Shown here in pieces: positions 1-12,591 of a stretch of 64,000 nt of DNA. Both the position numbers and the translations under genes were made by a program. The notes beneath the pieces were generated by a model, which made no database searches, had not been told where the DNA came from, and worked only from the letters and a program-made list of their open reading frames with translations. Origin of the DNA: Malacoraja senta (lineage: Eukaryota); assembly GCA_038087875.1 (NCBI GenBank), contig JAXLNO010000499.1, forward strand, positions 1-64,000. Reading direction: 5' to 3'. Numbering within the stretch: the stretch's first letter is position 1; every line of letters begins with the position of its first letter.

Positions 1-160
1 CGTCTCCCTCTCCCCCCCTCCCCTCTTCTCTCCCCAACCCCGTCTCCCTCCCCCGCCTGTGTGTTTGGGGGGTGGTTAGTGTGAGTGTGATGCCACAGCC
101 GCAGCCCACCCCCACCCCCCAAACGCGCGTTGGGGAAACAGCCCGCCAACAGTCTCTCTT

Positions 161-1281
161 TTTTTAATTTTATTAGAAGTAAGTACAATTGTATACAATC
201 ATATTTTCATAATAAATTTTATGTACAACTTCTTATTTTTTTAATTTTGTAATAAAGAAGAAAAAGAAAAAGAAGTTAGATAATGAAGAATAGAAAAATG
301 TGAGATATATAGTGTGTGAAAAAGAAAAATAGAGAGTGAAAAAAGAAAGTTAAGAAATAGAAAATAGAAGAAAGAGAGTAAAAGAAGAAAAGAGAAAAAG
401 AAAAAAGAAGGAGATCGTATTTATAACTTGACCATCCCTCACCCAGTCACGGATTAGCTTTTACACTTGTGTTGCACCATATGTTTCCAAAAAGACGACA
501 AATGGAGACCAACTCGTTATGAATTGGTCAAATTTATCTATTAGGAGGAATCGCATTTCCTCAAAATGTGCGGTATCCAACATACTTGCAATCCACATTT
601 TAAGCGTTGGTATTGGTGTATTTTTCCAAATTTTCAATATTATTTTTTTTGCTATTATTAAACCATAATTAAAAAATAATTTTTGAGATGGGTTCAATTT
701 GTTCCCAACTTCCATTACCCCAAATATAATCAATTCATTATTGGGTTCCATTTTTGTCTTAAATAATTTTGTGAATATTTCGAAAATATCACTCCAAAAT
801 CCATGAAGTTTTATACAAGAAACAAAAGAGTGTGTCATAGTTGCGTCTTGGGTTAAACATTTATCGCAAATGGGGGACATATTTGGATAGAATTTATTTA
901 ATCTTGTTTTTGAGTAATATAATCTATGTAAAATTTTAAATTGAATTAGATTATGTCTTGCGTTAATCGAACATTTGTGAATGTATGTCAAATACTTTTC
1001 CCATGTAGCCTTCGTAATTTTTATCAATAATTCCCATTCCCACTCTTCTCTAATTACCTCGGTCGCAGGTAAATCTATATTTAAGATACTATTACATAAA
1101 TATGATATTAATTTTTGTGTATCAGCTTTAATATTCATTACTTCTTCTAGTAAATCAGGAGTTATTTTTTGATATCCCTGTATGTATGTCTTCAAGAAAT
1201 TGCAAATCTGAAAATATTTAAAATAATTAGTGTTTTTCAATTTAAATTTTAATTGTAATTGTTGAAATGATAGTTTCAACA
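161..1281 (-). mobile_element. L1 LINE 3' fragment (ORF2 C-terminal Cys/His zinc-knuckle region, 3'UTR, A-tail)
   Basis: ORF 461-1474(-) carries the L1 C-terminal motif (LIQFKILHRLYY...CDKC...HSFVSC). The poly(T) at ~160 is the A-tail. Nearly identical to the reverse complement of 61810-62940. Confidence 0.9.
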
Positions 1282-2280
1282 ATAGGGCGGTATCAAAGCC
1301 CCTTTGATACCGCCCTACGCCCACACCGCACGCAGAAACGCCGATATTTTTTTCCATTTCTAAAGAGATTTCATTTTTCTTTACGAATAGCCACTCCTGA
1401 TTAAATTTCGTCGTGTTTATGTACACTTTTTTAAATAAAATACTTCTCCCTTCCCCCCCCCCCCAACATTTCAAAATGTTTTAAAAAAAACAGCTCTCAG
1501 CCATAGAATGTTAGTGAAGGTTCCGTTGTGTGATGTCACAATGCCCAATGCTCACAGATGTCCAATCGGAATGGATCCATTTACATATGCCTTTGCAGCA
1601 GCCCCAGCCTCAGCCCCTCCCCCCCACCCCCGCAGCCTGTGTCGAAGGGTGTCGTCACATGTGTGGGAATAGAGAGAGAGGATTGGGGGTGATAGGGAAT
1701 GGGGAACAGATGAACTATCCCTACCCCTCCTACTTCCACTCGCCCTCCCCACTCTTCCCCCTCTCTCCTCTCCCCCTCCCTCCCCTGGACCCCCTCTCTT
1801 CCCCCTCCACCACCCCTCTTCACACCCATCTCCCCCCCATCCCCTTCCCTCTCTTGCACCACTCCCCGCTACCCCTCTGCCCCTCACTCCCCACTCTTCC
1901 CTCTCCCTCCCCCACCTCTCTCCCTCCCCCTCCCTCGCTCCCTCTCTCCCCCTACTCCTCTCCCCTGCCCCTCATCCTCTCTCTCCACCTCTAACATCCC
2001 CTCCCCCCTCTCACCCCTTCCTGCCCTCCCCGCTCTCCTCCCACTCCCCACTCTCCTCCACCTCCCTCTCCCCCACCCTGCTCCCTCACCAATCTCTCCC
2101 CTTTCCTCCTCCCCCTCCCTCCCCCTCTTCTCTCCCCACCCCGTTTCCCTCTCCCCTCTTCTCTCCCCACCCCTTCTTCCTCTCCCCCCGCCTGTGTTTG
2201 GGGGGTGGTGAGTGTGATGCCGCAGCCCCTCCCGCAAACGCGCGTTGGGGAAACAGCCCGCCAACAGTCTCTCTGTCTTT

Positions 2281-2492
2281 AAGACAGAACTGCAGATGCT
2301 GGAAAATCGAAAGTACACAAAAAAAACTGTATAACCTCAGAGGGTGCAGTAGCATCTATGGATCGAAGGAAATAGGCAACGTTTCGGGACTAAACCCGGC
2401 TGAGGATGGGTTTCGGCCAAAAGAGTTGCCTATTTCCTTCGCTCCATAGATGCTGCTGCACCCGCTGTGTTTCTCCAGCTTTTTTTGTGTAA
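2281..2492. repeat. Penelope-terminal-derived inverted repeat (palindrome), copy 1
   Basis: Left arm GTACACAAAA...GGGTGCAG-AGCATCTATGGA-CGAAGGAAATAGGCAAC pairs with right arm GTTGCCTATTTCCTTCG-TCCATAGATGCTGCTGCACCC...TTTTGTGTA. The arms match the Penelope terminus at 34441-34560. Confidence 0.85.
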
Positions 2493-2508
2493 CAGTCTCT
2501 CTGTCTCT

Positions 2509-2556
<48 letters not shown>

Positions 2557-5389
2557 CTTCTCTCTTCACAGACCGCGGCTCATGCACGCCCGCTCAAACC
2601 CCCCTTCACCTCTCTCCCACATCCTCTCCTTCCTCTCTCCACCCCTCTCCTCTCCCCCTCCTCTCTCCCCACCTTCCTCACCCCGCTTCCTCTCCACCCT
2701 CCTCCTCCCCCTCCTCACAATTTTTTTTTTCTAGCATTAAATTTTCTTTCTCTGCCCCCCCCCCCTCGAGACACACCTGAGAGGTGAGGGCTATTCATCA
2801 GTGGATAGGGTGGAGATGGGATAAAAGAAGCAAATTAAAATATTAAGATAATATAAAGGGGTGTGATGAGTGTGTGTGTTTGTTGGTGCCAGATTCACAC
2901 CCCGCAACCGTGCTTTGGAGGTACAGACCCAACGGGTGGGTGGTTAGTGTGATGCCGCAGCCACACACCCCCCCCCCCGCAATATAGTAATATATTAAAA
3001 CTCTGTGGCTGCCATCCGTCCGTCCAGCTGCCTGACTTGTGCCACCCAGCCCCTTTGATACCGCCCACCGCCCACACCGCACGAGGAAACGCCGATATTT
3101 TTTTCCATTTCTAAGAGATTTCATTTTTCTTTACGAATAGCCAGTCCCGATTAAATTTCGGCGTGTTTATGTACACTTTTTTTTAAATAAAATACTTCTT
3201 CCCCCCCCCCCCCCCCCCCAACATTTCAAAATGTTTAAAAAAAAACAGCTCTCAGCCATAGAATGTTAGTGAAGGTTCCCTTGTGTGATGTCACAATGCC
3301 CGATGCTCACAGATGTCAAATCGGAATGGATCCATTTACATATGCCTTTGCAGCAGCCCCAGCCCCAGCCCTCCCCCACCCCTCTTCAACCCCATCTCCA
3401 CCCCATCTCCTTCCCCTCTCTATTGCACCACACCCTGCTACCCCTCCCTCCCCACTCTTCATCTCTCCCTCCGCCCTCCCTCTCCCCCTCTCTTCCACCT
3501 ACTCCTCTCTCCCATTCCCCTCATCCCCTCCCTCCACCTCTAACATCCCCTCCCCCCCTCTCTCACCCCCCTAGTGAAGGTTCCGTTGTGTGATGTCACA
3601 ATGCCCAATGATCACACATGTCCAATCGGAATGGATCCATTTACATATGCCTTTGCAGCAGCCCCAGCCTCAGCCCCTCGCCCCCCACCCCCGCAGCCTA
3701 TGTCGAAGCGAGTCGTCACGTGTGTGGGAATAGAGAAAGAGGATTGGGGGTAATAGGGAATGGGGAACAGATGGACTGTCCCTACCCCTCCTACTTCAAC
3801 TCTCCCTCCCCACTATTTCCCATCTCTCCCCCCATCTCTCTCCCCCTCCCTCCACACTCTCCCCCCTCCCCTAACCCATCTCCCTCCTCCTCTCCCCCTC
3901 CCCCACACCTCTCTCTCCATCCCCATCCCTCTCTCCCCCTCCCCCATCCCTCTCCCTCCCCCTCTCCATCTCCCTCTCCTCACCATCTCCCTTTCCTCCC
4001 CCTCCTCCTCCCACCCCCATCCCTCTCTCCACCATCCCCCTTCCCTCCCCCACCCCCTTCCCTCTCTCCCCCACCCCCTTCCCCCTCACCACTCTTCCCC
4101 CTCCATCCACACTCTTCCCCCTCTACCCCCTACCCCATCTCCCTCCTCACCTCCCTCCACCCTCCCCCACACCTCTCTACCCCTCCCCTCGCCCCCACGC
4201 CTCTCCACCCCCTCTCCATCCCCCTCTCCTCACCCCTCTCCCACTCCTCCCCCTACTCCTCCCACCGGCATCACTCCCTCCCCCATCCCCCTTCCCTCTC
4301 TACCCCACCCCCGCTGTCCCTCTTCCACCACTCCACCTACCCCTCTCCCCCTTCTCCACCACTCCCCCTACACCACTCCCCCTCCCTCCCCATTCTTCCA
4401 CTTATCTCCCAAACCCATCCCCATCCCCACTCTCTCCCCCATCCCCCTTCCCTCCCTCCCCTAACCCCCTCCCCCACCCTCTCCCCTCCCTTCCCTCTCC
4501 CTCCCCACTCTTCGCCCTCTCTCCCTCCACCCCTCTCCCCCTACCCTCAACACTCTTCCCCATCTCCCTCCCCCACCCCTCTCTCCCCCCTCCCTTCCCT
4601 CTCGCTCCACACGCTTCCCCTACCCCCACCCTATCCCTCTCTCCCCCATCCCCCTTCCCTCTCCCCCACCCCCCTACCCCGTCTCACTCCTCTCCTCCTT
4701 CACACCTCTCTCCCCTCCCCATCATTCTCTCCTCCCTCCCCCACCCCTCTCTCCTCCCCCTCTCCATCTCCCTCTCCCTCTCCTCCCCTCCACCTCCCAC
4801 CCCATCCCTCTCTCCCCAACCCCTCCCACCCCACTATTCCCCATCCCTCCACACTATTCCCCCTCTCTCCCCTACCCCATCTCCCTTCTCCCCTCCCTCC
4901 ACCCTCTCCACCCCTCTTCACCCCCATCTCCACCGCATCACCTTCCCCTCTCTTGCACCACTCCCTGCTACCCCTCTCCCCCTCCCTCCCCACTCTTCGT
5001 GCCTGCCTCCCCCTCCCTCTCTCTCCCCCTCTCTTCCACCTACTCCTCTCTCCCCTTCCCCTCATCCCCTCTCTCCACCTCTAACATCCCCTCTCCCCCC
5101 TTCCTGCGCTCCCCGCTCTCCTCCCACACCCCACTCTCCTCCCCCTCCCTCTCCCCCACCCTGCTCTCTTCTCCCTCACCAATCTCTCCCCTTTCCTCCT
5201 CCCCTCCCTCCCCCTCTCCTCTTCTCTCCCCGCCCCGTCTCCCTCTCCCCACCCCACGCCGTCTTCCTCTTCACCCCCTCCCCGCGCCTGTGTTTGGGGG
5301 GTGGTTAGTGTGAGTGCGATGCCGCAGCCCCCCCCCCCCCTCCCGCAAAAGCGCGTTGGGAAAACAGCCCGCCAACAGTCTCTCTGTCT

Positions 5390-5601
5390 TTAAGACGGAA
5401 CTGCAGATGCTGGATATCGAAGGTACACAAAAAAAACTATAATCTCAGCGGGTGCAGCAGCATCTATGGATCGAAGGAAATAGGCAACATTTCGGGAGAA
5501 AACTCGTCTGAGGATGGGGTTCGGCCCAAAGCGTTGCCTATTTCCTTCGCTCCATAGATGCTGCTGCACCCGCTGTGTTTCTCCAGCTTTTTTTGTGTAC
5601 C
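5390..5601. repeat. Penelope-terminal-derived palindrome, copy 2
   Basis: Same inverted arrangement as 2281-2492. Confidence 0.85.
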
Positions 5602-8600
5602 AGTCTCTCTCTCTCCCCTCTCTCTCTCTGCCCTTATCTCTTCACAGCCCGCGGCTCGACTCATGCACGCCCGCTCCAACCCCCCCCCCTTCACCTCTCC
5701 CCAATCCTCTCCTTCCTCCCTCTACTCTGTCCCCCTCCTCTCTCACCACCTTCCTCTCCCCCCTTCCTCTCCACCCTCCTCCTCCCCCTCTTCAATTTTT
5801 TTTTTCTAAGATTAAATTTCTCTCTATGCCCCCCTCCCTTCTAGACGCACCTGAGAGGTGAGGGCTATTCGTCAGTGGATAGGGTGGAGATGGGATAAAA
5901 GAAGCAAATTAAAAAATTAAGATAATATCAAGAGGTGTGATGAGTGTGTGTGTTTGTGGGTGCCAGATTCCGTGCTTTGGAGGAATCTCACCCCCGCAGC
6001 CTGTGTCGAAGGGCGTCGTCACATGTGTGGGAATAGAGAAAGAGGATTGGGGGTGATAGGAAATGGGGAACAGATGGACTGTCCCTACCCCTCCCCCTTC
6101 CACTCTCCCTCCCCACTATTTCCCCCTCTCATCCCCCCACCTCTCTCCCCCTCCCTCCACACTCTTCCCCCTCACTCCCCTAACCCATCTCCTGCCCTCC
6201 CTCACCCATCCCTCCACCATCCCTCCCCCACACCTCTCTCTCCATCCCCATCCCTCTCTACCCCTCCCCCATCACTCTCCCTCTCCCTCTCCTCACCATC
6301 TCCCTCTCCTCCCCCTCCCACCCCATCCCTCTCTCCCTCACCCCCCTTCCCTCCCCACCCCCTTCCCTCTCTCCCCCCACCCCCTTCCCCCTCACCACTC
6401 TTCCCCCTCCATCCACACTCTTCCCCCTCTACCCCCTACCCCATCTCCCTCCTCGCCTCCTTCCACACCCCCACACCTCTCTACCCCTCCCCTCGCCTCC
6501 CCACCCCTCTCTCCCCCCACCTCTCCCCCTCCCTCCCCTAACCCATCTCCCTCCTCCCCCGCTCCCCCACACCTCTCTCTCCCTCCCCCATCCCTCTCTC
6601 CCCCTCCCCATCCCTCTCGCCTCCCCCTCTCCATCACCCTCTCCTCACGCTCTCCCTCTCCTCCTCCCACCCCCATCCCTCTCTCCCCAACCCCCCTTCC
6701 TTCTCCCCCCTTCCCTGCCCCACACCCTTCCCTCTCCCCAACCCCCGGTCCCTCCCCCACACCCTCCACTCTCTCCCCACCCCCTTTCCACTCCCCACTC
6801 TTCCCACTCCATCCACACTCTTCCCCCTCTACCCCCTGCCCCATCTCACTCCTCGCCTCCCCCCCTTCCCCCATACCACTCTCTCCCTCACCTCTCTTTC
6901 CCTACCCCTCTGTCCCTCTTCCACCACTCCCCCTGTCCCGGTTTAATGTTTAAAAAACAGCTCTCAGCCATAGAATGTCAGTGAAGGTTCCGTTGTGTGA
7001 TGTCACAATGCCTAATGCTCACAGATGTCCAATCGGAATGGACCCATTTACATATGCCTTTGCAGCAGCCCCAGCCCCAGCCCCCCCCCCCCACCCCCGC
7101 AGCCTGTGTCGAAGGGGGTCGTCACGTTTGTGGGAATAGAGAAAGAGGTGGGGGTGATAGGGAATGGGGAACAGATGGGCTGTCCCTACCCCTCCTTCTC
7201 CACTCTCCCTCCCCACTCTACCCCCCTCCCCCACACCTCTCCATCCCCATCCCTCTCTCCCCCCCCTCCTCTCACTCCCCCTCTCCATCTCCCTCTCCTC
7301 ACCATCTCCCTCTCATCCCCCGTCCGCTCCTCCCACCCCCATCCCCTCTCCCCCACCCCCCTTCCCTCCCCCACCCCCTTCCCTCTCCCCCATACCCCCT
7401 TCCCCCTCACCACTCTTCCCCTCCATCCACACTCTTCCCCCTCTACCCCCTACCTCATCTCCCTCCTCGCCTCCCTCAACCCTCCCCCACACCTCTCTGC
7501 CCCTCGCCTCCCCCACCCCTCTCCATCCCCCTCTCTCACCCCTCTCCCACTCCTCCCCCTCCTCCTCCCACCCCCATCACTCTCTCCCCCAACCCCCTTC
7601 CCTCTCTACCCCACCCCCTTCCCTCTGTCCCCCCGTCCCCTTCCCACTACCCCGCTGTCGCTACCCCTCTCCCCCCTCTCGACCACTTCCACCACTCCCC
7701 CTACACCTCTCCCCCTCCCTCCCCATTCTTCCACTTATCTCCCAAACCCATCCCCATCTCCCTCCTCCACCCCCTCCCCCACCCCGCTCCCCCTCCCTTC
7801 CCTCTCCCTCTCCACTCTTCCCCCTCTGTCCCCCCACCCCCCTCCCCCACCCTCAACACTCTTTCCCATCTCCCTCCCCCACCCCTCTCTCTCCCCCCTC
7901 CCTTCCCTCTCGCTCCACACTCTTCCCCCTCCCTCCCCTACCCCCACCCCTATCCCTCTCTTCCCCACCCCCCTTCCCCTCCCCCACCCCCCTACCCTAT
8001 CTCCTCTCCTCCTTCACACCTCTCTCCCCTGCCCATCACTCTCTCCTCCACTCCCCCGCCCCTCTCTACTCCCCCTCTCCATCTCCCTCTCCCTCTCCTC
8101 CCCTCCTCCTCCCACCCCATCCCTCTCTCCCCCCACCCCTCCCATCCCACTCTTCCCCCTCCCTCCACACTCTTCCCCCTCTCTCCCCTACCCCATCTCC
8201 CTTCTCCCCTCCCTCCACCCTCCCCCACCCCTCTTCACCCCCATCTCCACCCATCCCCTTCCCCTCTCTCTTGCACCACTCCCTGCTACCCCTCTCCCCC
8301 TCTCTCCCCACTCTTCGTCTCTCCCTCCCCCCTCCCCCTCCCTCTCTCTCCCCGTCTCTTCCACCTAATCCTCTCCCCTTCCCCTCATCCCCTCTCTCCA
8401 CCTCTAACATTCCCTCCCCCCCTCTCTCACCCTTCCTGCCCTCCCCGCTCTCCTTCCACTCCCCACTCTCCCCCCCCTCCCTCTCCCCCACCCTGCTCTC
8501 CTCTCCCTCCCCAATCTCTCCCCTTTCCTCCTCCCTCTCTCCCCTCTCCCCTCCCTCCCCTCTTCTCTCCCCACCCTGTCTCCCTCTCCCCCCTCCCCCC

Positions 8601-8706
8601 GCCTGTGTGTTTGGGGGTTGGTTAGTGTGTGTGTGATGCCGCAGCCGCAGCTCCCCCCCCCCAAACGCGCGTTGGGGAAACAGCCCGCCAACAGTCTCTC
8701 TGTCTT

Positions 8707-8922
8707 TAAGAAGGAACTGCAGATGCTGGAAAATCAAAAGTACACAAAAAAATGATGTATAATCTCAGCGGGTGCAGCAGCATCTATGGATCGAAGGAAA
8801 TAGGCAATATTTCGGGACGAAACGCGTCTGAAGATGGGTTTCGGCCAGAAACATTGCCTATTTCCTTCGCTCCATAGATGCTGCTGCACCCGCTGAGTTA
8901 CTCCAGCTTTTTTTTGTGTACC
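8707..8922. repeat. Penelope-terminal-derived palindrome, copy 3
   Basis: Same inverted arrangement. The centre retains CTGAAGA-TGGGTTTCGGCCA-GAAAC, a hammerhead-like core. Confidence 0.85.
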
Positions 8923-9830
8923 AGTCTCTCTGTCGCTCCCCTCTCTCTCTCTCTCTGCCCTTCTCTCTTCACAGCCCACAGCTCGACTCATGCACGCCCT
9001 CTCCAACCCCCCCCCCTTCACCTCTCTCCCCATCCTCTCTTTCCTCTCTCCACACCCTCCTCTCTCGCCCTTCCTCTCCACCCTCCTCCTCCCCCTCTTC
9101 AAATTTTTTTGTTTTTTTTCTAACGTTAAATTTTCTCTCTCTGCCCCCCCCCCCTCTAGACGCATCTGAGGGGTGAGGGCTATTCGTCAGTGGATAGGGT
9201 GGAGATGGGATAAAAGAAGCAAATTTAAAAATTAAGATATCAAGGGGCGTGATGAGTGTGTGTGTTTGTGGGTGCCAGATTCCGTGCTTTGGAGGAAAGG
9301 GGGTGGTTAGTGTGACGACACAGCCCCTCTCCCCCCGGCAAACGCACGTTTGGTGTCCAGACCCAACGGGTCTGCACTTGGTCTAGTGTAACTTTAAAAC
9401 TACTGACAGAGGAAATATACTCTTGACTCATGTAGATGTGAGCGAAACTTGCAATACTTGGAAAAAAACACAGAACAGAATATGCCTGAAATAAGCTAAC
9501 TACACAACGGCAGTTGACTGAACTGGCGTACATAGATCGCTGCTCCGCAGTAGAAAAGATAGCAGTCACTGGAACAGACGTCAGCAGTTACTTCTTGGAA
9601 GTGCTCCTCAGCAGTCGTTTTTGGGAAAATGACTAAAGTTCTTTTTTAATAATTATTATTAGTAATGACTAAGTTACAAGGAGAGAGTTGAGAAACTCTT
9701 TCGGGAAGATAAAGCCAGGAACGCCTGGCGAGGCGTTAAAACACTGGCTGGCCTCGCCAACAATAACTCGGCATCATCAAACGCCTGGTCAGAAGACTCT
9801 GTCAACATGGCAGAGAGCCTTAACCAATTC

Positions 9831-10223
9831 CAAAGATCCTATAGATAGACCACTCCTTCTAAATATAATGGACTGATGTGTAGTACGCAGCGGAGCGGAA
9901 CATGGGCCTTTCTTTCATCCATTTCAGTAACCCGACCCGACCCGACTCGCAGTGTAATCAACGTTGCGGGGGAACAGTTTCGGTTAATAAATTATAATTC
10001 TGAAAATGAGGAGAAGATTTTTCCCAAATAACTGATTTTTACGAGGATGTTTCCGCAACCGGCTTCCGTCTCCGCATTAGTATCTTTGCTCCGCTATGGG
10101 ATCTTTGGTGCTGAGACGGAAGCCGGTTACGGAAATGGGGCCGAAAATCACCCATGAATTTGCCCCTGGCCGTACTACGTCTTTTTCGTCGAGTGATCTA
10201 TCTTGCTCGCTATAGGATCTTTG
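9831..10223. mobile_element. Non-autonomous TIR element (MITE), P-element-like ends
   Basis: TIRs CAAAGATCCTATAG / CTATAGGATCTTTG, with a near-perfect 8-bp TSD ACCAATTC / ATCAATTC. It interrupts the Rex1 frame. The superfamily is inferred from the CAAAG terminus plus 8-bp TSD. Confidence 0.75.
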
Positions 10224-10626
10224 ATCAATTCTACTGCAGGTTTGACCAGTCTGACTACTCACAGGAGAGGGAGGAGCTAATAGCTGAGCTCACTCCAATG
10301 GTACCTACCCATGTAAACCTGGAGCGGCGACAGGGGGAGGTTGAACTCATGCTGAGGAGGATGAAGCCGAACAAAGCACCAGGACTTGACCAGTTCTGTG
10401 GCCGGTTACTGAAGGCCTGCTGCAGCCAGCCGGCTGGTGTTTTCTGTCATCTCTTCAACCGCTCCCTGTCAGAACATTCAATCCTGTCACTCCGGAAATC
10501 CGCAACCATCTGTCCTGTAGCCAAAAAGAGCAATCCCACCTGTGACAATGACTACCGGCCTGTGGCATTAACATCTTTGGTCATGAAAGGCTTTGAAAGG
10601 CTTATTCTTTCCCAGCTTCAGCGGCT

Positions 10627-11189
10627 TGTCAAAGAGGACTCTCTCTAACTTCTACAGGTGCACAGTAGAGAGCATTCTGACCGGTTGCATCGTGGCTTGG
10701 TTCGGCAACTTGAGCGCCCTGGAGCGGAAAAGACTACAAAAGGTAGTAAACACTGCCCAGTCCATCATCGGCTCTGACCTCCCTTCCATCGAGGGGATCT
10801 ATCGCAGTCGCTGCCTCAAAAAGGCTGGCAGTATCATCAAGGACCCACACCATCCTGGCCACACACTCATCTCCCCGCTACCTTCAGGTAGAAGGTACAG
10901 GAGACTGAAGACTGCAACGACCAGGTTCAGGAATAGCTACTTCCCCACAGCCATCAGGCTATTAAACTTGGCTCGGACAAAACTCTGAACATTAATAGCC
11001 CATTATCTGTTTATTTCCACTTTATCAGTTTATTTATTCATGTGTGTATATATTTATATAATGGTATATGGACACACTGATCTGTTCTGTATTCATGCCT
11101 ACTATATTCTGTTGTGCTGAAGCAAAGCAAGAATTTCATTGTCCTATCAGGGACACATGACAATAAACTCTCTTGAATCTTGAATCTTG
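10627..11189 (+). mobile_element. Second Rex1/Babar 3' fragment nested in the first
   Basis: Encodes LSNFYRCTVESILTGCIVAWFGN...LPSGRRYR...RFRNSYFPTAIRLLN. Tail AATAAACTCTCTTGAATCTTGAATCTTGA. Confidence 0.85.
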
Positions 11190-11932
11190 AGGTCAGTATG
11201 CATGCTGACCCTTTTCAGTTTGCATACAAATGGCACAGGGGGTGTGGATGACACTGTACTAACGCTGCTGCATGCCGCCTACACCCATCTTGAGAAGCCC
11301 AAATCATTCATTGGACTGGTCTTTGTGGACTTCTCTAGCGCCTTTAACACCGTGCAACCTCACCTGATGGGACGAAACCTGCTCCAGATGGATGTCAACC
11401 CGCACCTGATCCTCTGGATCCTCTCATTCTTGACAGATAGACACCAGAGGGTCCGAGTCAACGGTCACCTCAATTCATCCAAGACACAGGAGCCCCACAA
11501 GGCTGTATAATCTCACCGGTTCTGTACACAAACGACTGCAGGAGAATTAACCCAGGTATAACATACATTAAATACTCTGATGACACTGTGATCATGGACA
11601 CCACCAACTCACAGGGACAGCTACAGTCTGAGATGGACATTTTTGCAGAGTGGTGTAGGCGGAACTGCCTTGACCTCAATACCTCCAAAACAAAGGAGTT
11701 GGTTGTTGACTTCCGTGAAGATCCTTCCATCACCCCCACTTTGTTAGTTAACAACCAGCCAATAGAAAGGGTCGACATACAGACACCTTGGGACAATAAT
11801 TGATCACAAACTCACCTTCCAACGAAACAGTGAAACTATCCGTTCTAAGTGTCAGCAGCGCCTCTTTTTCCTGAGGAAATTCCGCACACTTCAGGTTCAC
11901 CAGTCAGTCCTGACAGCTTTTTACAAATGTTT

Positions 11933-12591
11933 CAATAGACAATGGACAATAGGTGCAGGAGTAGGCCATTCGGCCCTTCGAGCCAGCATCGCCATTCGTT
12001 ATAGACAATAGACAATAGGTGCAGGAGTAGCCCATTCGGCCCTTCGAGCCAGCACTGCCATTCAATGTGATCATGACTGATCATCCCCAATCAGTACCCC
12101 GTTCCTGCCTTCTCCCCATATCGTCTGACTCCGCTATTTTTAAGAGCCCTATCTAGCTCTCTCTTGAAAGCATCCAGAGAACCTGCCTCCACCGCCCTCT
12201 GAGGCAGAGAATTTCACAGACTCACCACTCTGTGAGAAAAAGTGTTTCCTCGTCTCCGTTCTAAATGGCTTACTCCTTATTCTTAAACTGTGGCCCCTGG
12301 TTCTGGACTCCCCCAACATCGGGAACATGTTTCCTGCCTCTAACGTGTCCAAGCCCTTAACAATCTTATATGTTTCAATGAGATTCCCTCTCATCCTTCT
12401 AAACTCCAGAGTGTACAAGCCCAGCTGCTCCATTCTCTCAGCATATGACAGTCCCGCCATCCCAGGAATTAAGCTTGTAAACCTACGCTGCACTCCCTCA
12501 ATAGCAAGAATGTCCTTCCTCAAATTAGGGGACCAAAACTGCACACAATACTCCAGGTGTGGTCTCACTAGGGCTCTGTACAACTGCAGAA
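11933..12591 (-). mobile_element. CR1 LINE 3' fragment
   Basis: Encodes LYRALVRPHLEYCVQFWSP...EGVQRRFT. The (CAATAGA)n repeat on + is the 3' tail. Confidence 0.9.

Larger units (their letters stand above)
1..9386 (+). mobile_element. Tandem/partially duplicated array of a non-autonomous Helitron-like element, inserted in the ERV 5' LTR (begins before the window)
   Basis: Ends with the hairpin CAGACCC-AAC-GGGTCTG (9358-9374), 8 nt, then CTAG (9383-9386) followed by T. The homologous 3' LTR site reads ...CA|TGTAG (60374/60375), i.e. an A|T target. Conserved blocks (e.g. GTGAAGGTTCCGTTGTGTGATGTCACAATGCC...GGATCCATTTACATATGCC) recur at ~1514, 3269, 3574, 6981, separated by C/T-rich low-complexity tracts. 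A Helitron-like 5' start (ATATATTAAAACTC) lies near 2990. Confidence 0.7.

Noticed and set aside
1282..1474. N-terminal part of ORF 461-1474
   Set aside because: Chance read-through from Helitron sequence into the L1 frame.
1530..8737. Many long Pro/Ser/Leu-rich or Gly/Glu/Arg-rich ORFs (up to 542 aa)
   Set aside because: They arise from C/T low-complexity tracts that lack stop codons. They are open in several frames and inconsistent between repeat copies.
9387..9400. TGTA at 9387 as the start of the 5' LTR
   Set aside because: The 3' LTR extends about 83 bp further upstream to a PPT. Position 9387 is just the T of the Helitron A|T target.
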